From an uncultured Muribaculaceae bacterium (lineage in GTDB: Bacteria > Bacillota_I > Bacilli_A > RF39 > UBA660), in NCBI GenBank assembly GCA_964384115.1, contig CAYLJU010000004.1, positions 14,160 through 46,159 of the forward strand: DNA of 32,000 bases. The letters are read 5' to 3'. Made by a program: the position numbers and the translations under genes. How positions within the stretch are numbered: the first letter of the stretch is position 1; every line of letters starts with the position of its first letter. Below, in pieces: positions 19,195 to 27,435 of the stretch. The notes beneath the pieces were generated by a model. That model saw only the letters and a program-made list of their open reading frames with translations, was not told the origin of the DNA and ran no database searches.

Positions 19195-19206
19195 TAGAAT
19201 ATTCTA
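19195..19206. promoter_or_regulatory. perfect 12-bp palindrome TAGAATATTCTA in the zupT upstream region (candidate operator overlapping a -10)
   Basis: The sequence is self-complementary. On the minus strand its first half reads TAGAAT, 17 nt downstream of TTATCT, which is a plausible -10 about 20 nt before the zupT RBS. Confidence 0.3.
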
Positions 19207-19279
19207 CTTATTAATAATGGTGAAGATAACTTGTATTTAAATAAAAAAAATGATATATTATTATAGGAGTATGATTGTT

Positions 19280-22105
19280 ATGGTAGAAGAAATTAAGAGA
19301 GCTATTGATAATAATGATATTGGCAAGCTTTATGCTTGTGGATTTTTTATGGATTCTTCCATTAAAGATTATATTTTAAAAAATAAGAGAAGAATTATAA
19401 GTGATATCCTTAATTTAAAACTTTGGTTAGATGATGAACTTGTACTTTCTTTTTATTCCGATAATGATTTTATAAAGGCTTCAATTATGGTTTCTAATAT
19501 AGATGTAGCGAGATTTTTTAATAATGAAGAAATTAATAATTTTTTGCTTAATAATATGAATCATATAGTTAGATTTATGAATGAAAAAACTTATGTTCTT
19601 TCTAATAAGACACCTAAAGTGTTATTAAATAATGAAAATTTTATTAAATTATGTTTAGATAATGGTTTTATTAATATACTTGATTATACAGATTGTGATG
19701 ATTATTATTTAGAAAATAAAGAAAAAATCGATATAGAATGTTCAAATAAGATTGCTAAGGGGATAATTAGAGTAGATGAGTTTTCTTCTAAAAAAATTCT
19801 TTCAAATTCTAAGTTTTTAATTAGTTCTATAATTGGTAATCATTATGATATTTTACTTTTTAGTTCTAATTCTGAACTTGATAGATATATTGAAGATAAT
19901 TATAAAAAAATATCGAAAAAATTAGATGGTTTTATTAGAAATAATAATTATTTTATTAACAAAAATGTTGATATAAAATTACCTTTCTTTTTAGGTGTTT
20001 ATAAAAATTTGTTAAATAGAGATTTTATGAATAGAGTTATTGATAATGATTTTCTTAAAATAATTGAAAACAGCGATTTTTGTTATTTGGTTTCTTTTTT
20101 AACAGATGATGTTATATTAGATGTTTTTGGTAAAAAAATATTTCAATTGTATTTATTTTTTGGTATAGAATTTTTTAATATTGGTTATGATAAAATTTGT
20201 TTAATAAATTCATTTTCAATAATTGAGTATGAAAGATTTATTAAAATATTTTGTTTTGATGGTTTTATTAAGATGGAAAATGTTCGTAATATGTATTTTT
20301 CTATTATTAAAGGCGAGTTTGAAAAAAAATCTTTATTTAATAAAGATTCTGTTTTAATGATTGAAAATATCATTAAATCTCAAGGATTAATTGATGATTC
20401 TATTAAAATAAAAATTGAGCATTTAAAAGAAATTTTAGGTTCTTCATATCGTGATTTTTTAATTGATTTAATAAAAGATAATTTTCGTTTTGATCTTAAA
20501 AAGTCTTTTAATGAGTTGATAGATGATGTCTTTGATGCCTATAGACGTTCTATTATTTCTTTAGATATGGATAAACAAAACAAACTTGAAAATGTTATTG
20601 AAAGTTTGTTTGTGTGTGCATATGATAGAGAATTTGATTTATTTGCCGCTAGTAAAATGGATTTTAGTGATGGTTATCCTTTTCTTGTTGAACCTAGCGA
20701 TATTTATATTAAAAGGGTTTATAAGGAGAAAAAACTTCAAAAACTTAAAAATAAATTATTAGAAAATAACAAATTATTTAATGAATTATGTCAAAATGTT
20801 TATTCAGATTATACTAATGTTTCTTTTGATTTTTATGTTAAAGATGTAAGAAAGTATTTGGAAAAAAATGAATTTACTTTGCAAGATTTGAACAAAAATG
20901 TTGATAATTATCTTAGTAGATATGTTAATTTAGAAGATATAGATTCATTTTATATTGAATATTTTAATCTTCCTTTAACTGATGAATATTTGAAAACTTA
21001 TTGTAATATAAAGACTGTTTTAAGTATTTTAAATGATGTTGATATTTGTAAAATTCGTTTTATGTTACAAGATGAAAATTATGGTAAATTTAAAGAGTTT
21101 TTATTTGATAAACAATTATTATATATGCTTGATAGTTTTAGTTTATTACCATCATTTTATAACAAAAAAAATTTGGAAAATTTGATTAATAATTTATATA
21201 TATTAAAAGAGGAAAATTTATATGATATTTTTAAAGAAGCAATTAGATATAGCGAAATTTCTTCCTTATTTAATCCAATATTTAGTGAATTTTCTAGTTA
21301 TTTAATTAATGATTCAAAATATTTGAGTGAAGTATTAAGTAGATCTTATAAAACTCTTTCTAAAAGAAGTTTACCTATTCCTGATATTTCAAAAAAATAT
21401 TTAGTGAATAATCACGAAATTACGGTTTCGGTTGGTGGATATGATTATAATGATGTTTTTCTTCCGTTACTTGTTAATTCTGATGTAATGGTTTATTCAA
21501 AATATGATGATCTTCATAAATATATTTTTAGTAATGATAATGGTTTTATTTTAAAATTTTATGATAATAAATTAATAGGTCTTATTTTTGGTATTAGATA
21601 TGGTAATAGTATATTTTTGTCTAATGTGTCTTCTATTGTTCATTCTAGTTATATTGATTTGCCATTAAAAAAGTTTATTGAATATATTGTTGATTATTGT
21701 AATCAAAATGGCGATAATTTGAGACATATATATTTATCTGTTAATGGTGATGTTAATAAATTATTTAGTTTAGTTAATAGTCTTGTTTCTGTTTCTACTG
21801 ATTATGATAAAAAAGGTTTTGTTTTATATGATGATGGAACAAAAGTTAGTGGATATATAAAAAAACGTTATCCTATTAATCCTATTATTTATACAAATGA
21901 GGAAGCTGTTAGACGGGCAAATGCAATAAAAATAATTGATTTATTTGGGCATCATGAAGAAAATTTAATTAATAGTATTAATTATATTGATGCTAGTTTG
22001 GCAGGTAGGTCTTGGTATAAGGATGAAGATATTTTTGTTATAGGATCTATTTCTGATGATATAATCAAAGAAGTTAATATAGGCAAAGAAAGGATTAGGA
22101 AATAA
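19280..22105 (+). CDS. giant uncharacterised protein, paralog A (about 941 aa; up to 951 aa if ATG 19250 is used)
   Basis: A 2.8-kb uninterrupted ORF in DNA where stop codons are very frequent. AGGAG at 19265-19269 favours ATG 19280; 19271 and 19250 are also in frame. Colinear similarity to the next ORF. No TM segment, signal peptide or known catalytic motif seen. Confidence 0.7.
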   Translation: MVEEIKRAIDNNDIGKLYACGFFMDSSIKDYILKNKRRIISDILNLKLWLDDELVLSFYSDNDFIKASIMVSNIDVARFFNNEEINNFLLNNMNHIVRFMNEKTYVLSNKTPKVLLNNENFIKLCLDNGFINILDYTDCDDYYLENKEKIDIECSNKIAKGIIRVDEFSSKKILSNSKFLISSIIGNHYDILLFSSNSELDRYIEDNYKKISKKLDGFIRNNNYFINKNVDIKLPFFLGVYKNLLNRDFMNRVIDNDFLKIIENSDFCYLVSFLTDDVILDVFGKKIFQLYLFFGIEFFNIGYDKICLINSFSIIEYERFIKIFCFDGFIKMENVRNMYFSIIKGEFEKKSLFNKDSVLMIENIIKSQGLIDDSIKIKIEHLKEILGSSYRDFLIDLIKDNFRFDLKKSFNELIDDVFDAYRRSIISLDMDKQNKLENVIESLFVCAYDREFDLFAASKMDFSDGYPFLVEPSDIYIKRVYKEKKLQKLKNKLLENNKLFNELCQNVYSDYTNVSFDFYVKDVRKYLEKNEFTLQDLNKNVDNYLSRYVNLEDIDSFYIEYFNLPLTDEYLKTYCNIKTVLSILNDVDICKIRFMLQDENYGKFKEFLFDKQLLYMLDSFSLLPSFYNKKNLENLINNLYILKEENLYDIFKEAIRYSEISSLFNPIFSEFSSYLINDSKYLSEVLSRSYKTLSKRSLPIPDISKKYLVNNHEITVSVGGYDYNDVFLPLLVNSDVMVYSKYDDLHKYIFSNDNGFILKFYDNKLIGLIFGIRYGNSIFLSNVSSIVHSSYIDLPLKKFIEYIVDYCNQNGDNLRHIYLSVNGDVNKLFSLVNSLVSVSTDYDKKGFVLYDDGTKVSGYIKKRYPINPIIYTNEEAVRRANAIKIIDLFGHHEENLINSINYIDASLAGRSWYKDEDIFVIGSISDDIIKEVNIGKERIRK

Positions 22106-24753
22106 TGGAATTCGTAAGAGAGAGATTACCACACTATAATGATGAAAATGTTTTTAATGATTTTATAAATAATGGTTATTATGAAATTATTAATTATTCT
22201 GAATTAGGTAATAAATTTGTTTTAAATAATTACTATTTAATTATTGATTTGATTAAGAAAAACGAATATTTTATTTGTTCTGTTAGCCCTAGTAATATAA
22301 AAAATGATTATCGATTTTATTTAGCTTCTTTTGAAAGTGGTAATGTTGATTCAATATTCTTTTATAAAGGAGATATTCATATATTTGATGAATTTTTTAG
22401 AGAAAAAAGAAATTTGATAAATTCATTTGATTGGTTAAATGTTAAAATTAAATTAAAGAAAATTTTAGATTTTAATTCTGTTATTACTGATATTTATTTT
22501 GAGGATCTTAATAGAAAAATACTTGATGGTTCTATTGGTTTAGATGATTTAATTAAAAATCCATTTTATAATAAAATTGTTGATTTTTTATCGTTAGATT
22601 CTATAAAAAAATTATATGGAGTTAATAGCCTTGAATTTGTTAGTAGATATGGTCGTAAGATTCTTTTAAATGAAGATTATGAATATATTGAAAACTTAGA
22701 AATTAATGATTTGAATAAATTTTTTGAAATTTTTAAATTTAAAAATGGTTCTATTATTAATTTATATAATTTATATAGTTCACTTGTTGATTATAATTTT
22801 TTATATAAATGTAGTGGTGATGTTTTAAATAATCAAACTTATAATCATTTATGTATTAATTTATTTAGTGGTAAAAATATAGATTATATATTCTTATTGT
22901 TTGAGGAAATTAATAAATATTTAAATGATTTTGAAAAGAATAAAATATGTTCTAAGTATAATGTTGATTTTCAAAGTTTACCTTTGTTGTTTGATAAATT
23001 TATTAATTTGTATAAATCTGAAAATTATAATGATTTTAATATCTATAGTTCAATAATTAAAGATTTATGTTTAATGTCTTATAATAAAAAAAGAGATTCT
23101 TTTATTAAAGAAAAACATGATTTTAGTAATGGTTTTCCTTTTGATATACAGTTAACTTTGAAGATGAAAAGACTTATTAATAAACGAAAATTAATGAAAG
23201 ATATGGCTATTTCAATAGCATATGATAAAGAAAAATTAGATTCTTTAAAGGAATATTTGGTTAATAAAAAAATTATTGATAAAGATTTTGATTCCAATAT
23301 TTTGTTTGCTTTGTTAACTGATGGTGTTAAAGGAGTTAAATTGATTGAAATTGAGAATGTTAATTATTTAATGGGAAAAATACTTGGTTTTGTTAGTTCT
23401 TATATTGATGATGATTGTTTGAATTCTGATATAAAATTTGATGAATATAAGAATTTACCTTTAAATGATGATTGTTTTTATGTACCATTTGATAAAAATG
23501 ATTTAATTGATATTGTTAATTCTATTGATTTAAAATTTTTCTTTGAAACTGTTATTAAAAATAAAAATGTTTTTGAATTGTTTAATAATTATATTGTTAA
23601 ACATGATTTAATTTATTTTGTTTCATCATTAAAATTATGTGATGTTTGTTATTGTGGTGATGTTTGTTATAGTATAGTTGGTATGAAAGAATTAATTAAT
23701 AATTTTGCTAAAGTTATTAACATAAATGTTGATAAAAAATTATATATATCAATATTTGAGATGTTAAAGAAAGCTCATTTTGTTAATAATCCACTTAATA
23801 TTTATGAAAATGTTTTTGGAGATTCTAATAAGTGGATTATAAGTGATCCTTTACCACATAAAAGTTCATTAGAACCATCAAAAAAAATAAAAAGATGTAT
23901 GGATGTTTACAAAAAAATGCTTGTACGAGATTATATAGGTGTTCCTGTTTTTACTATGAATTATGGTGATTTAATAGTGACAAATGATAATTTTTATGAT
24001 GATGGAATGCTTGTTACTGGAGAAAAACTTGGGTCTTGTATGCGAGCAGGTGGAACTTTTGATAATTTGTTTGAATATACTCTTACATCTCCTAACGGAT
24101 TTAATATAATTTTTAAAAAAGATGGTGAATTAATTTCGAGAGTAGCTGGCGTTATTATTAAAAATTCTATTTTTTTGAATGAATTAAGAGAACCTTTATG
24201 TAATGATTATTCTAATGATTATTTATTTAATGCTTTAAAAAAATATATTTTAAATTTAGTTAAAAAAGCTAATTTAAATGGTCAAATTATTGATCAAGTA
24301 TTTGTTGTTAATGGTGTTCAAGGAACGAGAAATATAAATTCCAATATTGTTAGAGATGATTTGTTTTTAAAATTAAAAAATGGCTATTACGGCTTTAATA
24401 TGAATTATGAAAAAACAGGATTGTGTTTATATATAAATGAAAATAAAGCTTTAAAAAATAATTATAATTGTTCTTTTTGCTCTATAAATGGCAACACTAA
24501 ATACTATAAAATATCTAAATTTAAAACTTTAAGAGGTTCTGATGCTGTTAAAAGAATAAATATGTTGCGTTTTTTAAAAGGTAGTTTAGATTATATTGAT
24601 AGTTTTGATGATGCTATTTGTTCTAGTTGTTTTTATGTTTATAAAAAAGATGGTATAATTTACTCTGATATTTTGGATGGAGCTATATCTGATGAAATAA
24701 AATGTGAATATGAAAATGCCATAAATTCTTTAAATTTCAGAAAAAATATTTGA
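22105..24753 (+). CDS. giant uncharacterised protein, paralog B (882 aa; Cys-containing C-terminal module)
   Basis: Its start overlaps the stop of paralog A (TAATG at 22103-22107). Shared blocks include DFSNGFPF / DFSDGYPF, NLPLNDD / NLPLTDE, NGFNIIFKKDGELISRVAGVIIKNSIFLNEL / NGFILKFYDNKLIGLIFGIRYGNSIFLSNV and VFVVNG / IYLSVNG. Confidence 0.7.
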   Translation: MEFVRERLPHYNDENVFNDFINNGYYEIINYSELGNKFVLNNYYLIIDLIKKNEYFICSVSPSNIKNDYRFYLASFESGNVDSIFFYKGDIHIFDEFFREKRNLINSFDWLNVKIKLKKILDFNSVITDIYFEDLNRKILDGSIGLDDLIKNPFYNKIVDFLSLDSIKKLYGVNSLEFVSRYGRKILLNEDYEYIENLEINDLNKFFEIFKFKNGSIINLYNLYSSLVDYNFLYKCSGDVLNNQTYNHLCINLFSGKNIDYIFLLFEEINKYLNDFEKNKICSKYNVDFQSLPLLFDKFINLYKSENYNDFNIYSSIIKDLCLMSYNKKRDSFIKEKHDFSNGFPFDIQLTLKMKRLINKRKLMKDMAISIAYDKEKLDSLKEYLVNKKIIDKDFDSNILFALLTDGVKGVKLIEIENVNYLMGKILGFVSSYIDDDCLNSDIKFDEYKNLPLNDDCFYVPFDKNDLIDIVNSIDLKFFFETVIKNKNVFELFNNYIVKHDLIYFVSSLKLCDVCYCGDVCYSIVGMKELINNFAKVININVDKKLYISIFEMLKKAHFVNNPLNIYENVFGDSNKWIISDPLPHKSSLEPSKKIKRCMDVYKKMLVRDYIGVPVFTMNYGDLIVTNDNFYDDGMLVTGEKLGSCMRAGGTFDNLFEYTLTSPNGFNIIFKKDGELISRVAGVIIKNSIFLNELREPLCNDYSNDYLFNALKKYILNLVKKANLNGQIIDQVFVVNGVQGTRNINSNIVRDDLFLKLKNGYYGFNMNYEKTGLCLYINENKALKNNYNCSFCSINGNTKYYKISKFKTLRGSDAVKRINMLRFLKGSLDYIDSFDDAICSSCFYVYKKDGIIYSDILDGAISDEIKCEYENAINSLNFRKNI
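23639..23670 (+). repeat. 14-nt direct repeat at 18-nt period inside paralog B (encodes CDVCYC-GDVCYS)
   Basis: GTGATGTTTGTTAT occurs at 23639-23652 and again at 23657-23670. Confidence 0.8.
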
Positions 24754-24777
24754 TTATTAAAAAAAATGTTGTATAAT
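24750..24777 (+). promoter_or_regulatory. putative promoter of the alaS T-box leader
   Basis: TTGATT (24750-24755, overlapping the stop codon of paralog B), 16-nt spacer, TATAAT (24772-24777). Confidence 0.5.
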
Positions 24778-24784
24778 ATATTCA

Positions 24785-24976
24785 AAGCGAAGAACAAGAA
24801 TTTTTAAAGATAAGTTTATAGAGAGTTTACTAATGGTGGAAGGTAAATAATAAGTTTTTAAAATGTGCTACTTGGGAGTTGAGTAATAAAATTACTTCGG
24901 TTTAGGCCGTTATAAAATTAAGTTAAATAAAGGATGGTACCGTCTATTATAGACTCCTTGTACTATTCTTTTTTTT
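24785..24976 (+). ncRNA. T-box leader (tRNA-Ala, GCU specifier) with terminator/antiterminator
   Basis: AGAGAG box at 24820-24825. GCT followed by A at 24867-24870, in the context ...AAAATGTGCTACTTGGGAG. T-box sequence AAAGGATGGTACCGTC at 24929-24944, whose UGGU can pair with the ACCA end of a tRNA with discriminator A73. Terminator helix GGATGGTAC (24932-24940) / GTACTATTC (24960-24968), followed by T8. Possible stem I base AAAGCGAAG / CTTCGGTTT. Confidence 0.8.
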
Positions 24977-24986
24977 GGAGGTATTT

Positions 24987-26732
24987 ATGAATTTAAAAGA
25001 TATGTATATTAATTTTTTTGTAAGTAAGGGTCATACATGGATTCCTAGCAGTCCTGTTGTTCCTGAAAATGATCCATCTGTTTTATTTAATACTGCTGGT
25101 ATGCAACCACTTATACCATATTTAATGGGGGAACCTCATCCTTGTGGAACTAGGCTTTGCGATTATCAGAAATGTATTAGAACAAATGATTTAGACAATA
25201 TTGGAGATACTTATCATCATACTTTTTTTGAGATGTTAGGTAATTGGAGTTTAGGAGATTATTTTAAGAAAGAGGCTATTAGTTGGAGTTTTGAATTTTT
25301 GACAGATGTTTTAAAAATTCCTGTTCAAAAATTAGCTGTTACTGTATTTGCTGGAGATGAATTTGTTCCTTTTGATGAAGAATCTTATAATTTGTGGAGA
25401 AGTTTAGGTATCCCTGATGATAGAATCGCGCGAACTAGTTCAGATAATTTTTGGATTGCTGGGGATACTGGTCCATGTGGTCCGGATACGGAAATGTTTT
25501 ATTTTAGATCTTCTGATCCTGTTCCTGATAAGTTTGATCCAGAAGATGATAGATGGGTTGAAATATGGAATGATGTCTTTATGCAATATTATAAAGATTC
25601 TAATGGTAATATAAGTGAATTACCTAAAAAGAATGTTGATACTGGTATGGGTCTTGAGAGAGTTGTTACAGTATTAGAAAATTTAACAGATAATTATAAA
25701 TCTAGTGTTTGGAAAGATATCATTAAAGTCATAGAAGAAATTTCTGGTAAAAGTTATGAAGGAAATGAGAAGTCTATGAGAATTATTGCTGATCATATTA
25801 GAACATCTACCTTTATTGCTGCTGATAAATCAGGAATAAAGCCTAGTAATACTGATCAAGGTTATATTTTAAGAAGATTGATAAGAAGGGCAATTAGACA
25901 TGCTAAAAAATTAGAAATTGATATTAACAGTAATTTTGAAGAAAAAATTGCTTCTAAGATAATTGAACAATATGGAAAATATTATAGCGAATTGATTGAT
26001 AATAAAAATGTTGTTTTTGATGTTTTAAAAAATGAAAAAATTAAATTTTGTAGAACACTTGAAAAAGGATTAAGAGAATTTGAAAAAGTTGCTAGTAATG
26101 GAAATAATATTGATGGCATAACTGCTTTTCATTTGTTTGATACTTATGGTTTTCCTCTTGAATTAACTGTTGAGCTTGCTAGTGAGAAGAATTTAACTGT
26201 TGATGAAGAAGGTTTTATGGATAAATTTAGAGAGCACCAAGAGTTATCTAGAACTGCTAGTTCTGGTAAATTTAAAGGTGGACTTGCTAGTAGTGGAGAG
26301 ATGGAAACTAAATATCATACGGCAACACATTTACTTAATGCTGCTTTGAAGGTTGTAGTAAGTAAAGATTGTCACCAAAAAGGTTCAAATATTACTAGTG
26401 AAAGAATGCGCTTTGATTTTAGTTGTGATCATAAATTATCTGATGATGAAAAAATTAAAGTTGAGGAATTAGTTAATAAATGGATAAGTGATTCTATTGA
26501 TGTCAATGTAACAGAAATGAGTAAACAAGATGCTATTGATAGTGGTGCAGAATGTATGTTTATTGAAAAATATCCTGATATTGTTACAGTCTATAGTATT
26601 GGAAATGTTTCAAAAGAAGTTTGTGGTGGTCCACATGTAAAGAATACTTCTGAACTTGGCCATTTTAAAATTTTAAAAGAAGAGGCTAGTAGTGCTGGTG
26701 TGAGAAGAATAAAAGCTATTTTAGAAAAATAA
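24987..26732 (+). CDS. alaS: alanine--tRNA ligase, compact form (581 aa)
   Basis: N-terminal FFVSKGHTWIPSSPVVPENDPSVLFNTAGMQP, GPCGPDTEMFY, WNDVFMQY, DTGMGLERV. Editing-core motifs HTATH and CGGPHV. Ends ...SSAGVRRIKAILEK. ATG 24987 follows GGAGG. Confidence 0.92.
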   Translation: MNLKDMYINFFVSKGHTWIPSSPVVPENDPSVLFNTAGMQPLIPYLMGEPHPCGTRLCDYQKCIRTNDLDNIGDTYHHTFFEMLGNWSLGDYFKKEAISWSFEFLTDVLKIPVQKLAVTVFAGDEFVPFDEESYNLWRSLGIPDDRIARTSSDNFWIAGDTGPCGPDTEMFYFRSSDPVPDKFDPEDDRWVEIWNDVFMQYYKDSNGNISELPKKNVDTGMGLERVVTVLENLTDNYKSSVWKDIIKVIEEISGKSYEGNEKSMRIIADHIRTSTFIAADKSGIKPSNTDQGYILRRLIRRAIRHAKKLEIDINSNFEEKIASKIIEQYGKYYSELIDNKNVVFDVLKNEKIKFCRTLEKGLREFEKVASNGNNIDGITAFHLFDTYGFPLELTVELASEKNLTVDEEGFMDKFREHQELSRTASSGKFKGGLASSGEMETKYHTATHLLNAALKVVVSKDCHQKGSNITSERMRFDFSCDHKLSDDEKIKVEELVNKWISDSIDVNVTEMSKQDAIDSGAECMFIEKYPDIVTVYSIGNVSKEVCGGPHVKNTSELGHFKILKEEASSAGVRRIKAILEK

Positions 26733-26766
26733 ATTTATAGAAAACATATATTTTATTGAGGTGTTT

Positions 26767-27402
26767 ATGAAAAAAATATATGTTTTTTTAATTGTTTTTT
26801 TTATTTTTTTTGTTTCTGTTGTTAAATCAAAAAATAATGTATTATCAGGTAAAATAATTTATTTGGATGCTGGTCATGGTGGAGTTGATGGTGGCGCTAA
26901 GTATAAAGATATTAATGAAGAAGATATTAATTTATCTATTGTTATGACTTTGAAGGAAGAATTGGAAAAAGAAGGGGCAAAGGTATATTTAACTAGATAT
27001 GGTGATTATGATTTAGCTAGTACAACGTATTATCGAAAAAGAAGTGATTTAGGTAATAGAGCTCTCGTGATAAACAATTCTGATTGTGATTTATATTTAT
27101 CAATTCATTTAAATTCATCTTTGAATACAAGTTGGAATGGAGCTCAAGTTTTTTATGATGATATTAATCCTAAAAATGCCATTTTAGCTAACATTTTACA
27201 AAAAGAATTAAGTAATAAAAAGGCTGTTTTGGCCAATAATTATTATATGTATAGTAGAATTAAAAAAACTGGTGTTTTATTGGAAGTTGGATTTATAAGT
27301 AATTATAATGATAGAATTAACTTGCAAAATAAAGTGTATCAAATAAAAATTTCTGCAAATATTATAAAAGGAATTGTAAAATTTTTTACAAACAATTATT
27401 AA
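26767..27402 (+). CDS. N-acetylmuramoyl-L-alanine amidase (Amidase_3, CwlD-like size)
   Basis: N-terminal signal/anchor, then IIYLDAGHGGVDGGA, EEDINLSI, SIHLNS, LLEVGFISN. Confidence 0.8.
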   Translation: MKKIYVFLIVFFIFFVSVVKSKNNVLSGKIIYLDAGHGGVDGGAKYKDINEEDINLSIVMTLKEELEKEGAKVYLTRYGDYDLASTTYYRKRSDLGNRALVINNSDCDLYLSIHLNSSLNTSWNGAQVFYDDINPKNAILANILQKELSNKKAVLANNYYMYSRIKKTGVLLEVGFISNYNDRINLQNKVYQIKISANIIKGIVKFFTNNY

Positions 27403-27406
27403 CTCA

Positions 27407-27435
27407 TTGACTTTTGTTTTTGTTTGGGGTAGAAT
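27407..27435 (+). promoter_or_regulatory. sigma-A type promoter of the TasA-like gene pair
   Basis: TTGACT (27407-27412), 17-nt spacer, TAGAAT (27430-27435). GAGGAGG follows at about 27470, then ATG 27485. Confidence 0.55.

Noticed and set aside
18685-19214. Three plus-strand ORFs (18685-19056, 18768-18956, 18960-19214) opposite zupT
   Set aside because: The minus-strand frame carries clear ZIP-family motifs (HNIPEGLAIG, QNFPEGSAIS). The plus-strand frames are mirror artefacts of a hydrophobic membrane protein gene.
19231-19259. Promoter-like TTGTAT-17-TATATT (with TG extension) upstream of giant paralog A
   Set aside because: The hexamers are reasonable, but the predicted transcription start would fall on or after the AGGAG RBS at 19265-19269. 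That leaves no usable leader for the favoured ATG 19280. It is too ambiguous to annotate.
20185-20373. 62-aa minus-strand ORF inside giant paralog A, and the 72-aa one at 23079-23297 inside paralog B
   Set aside because: Both are short antisense frames in AT-rich coding DNA. The long sense frames are far less likely to be open by chance.
25417-25614. 65-aa +2 frame ORF inside alaS
   Set aside because: It overlaps the conserved AlaRS catalytic core (GPCGPDTEMFY) in another frame.
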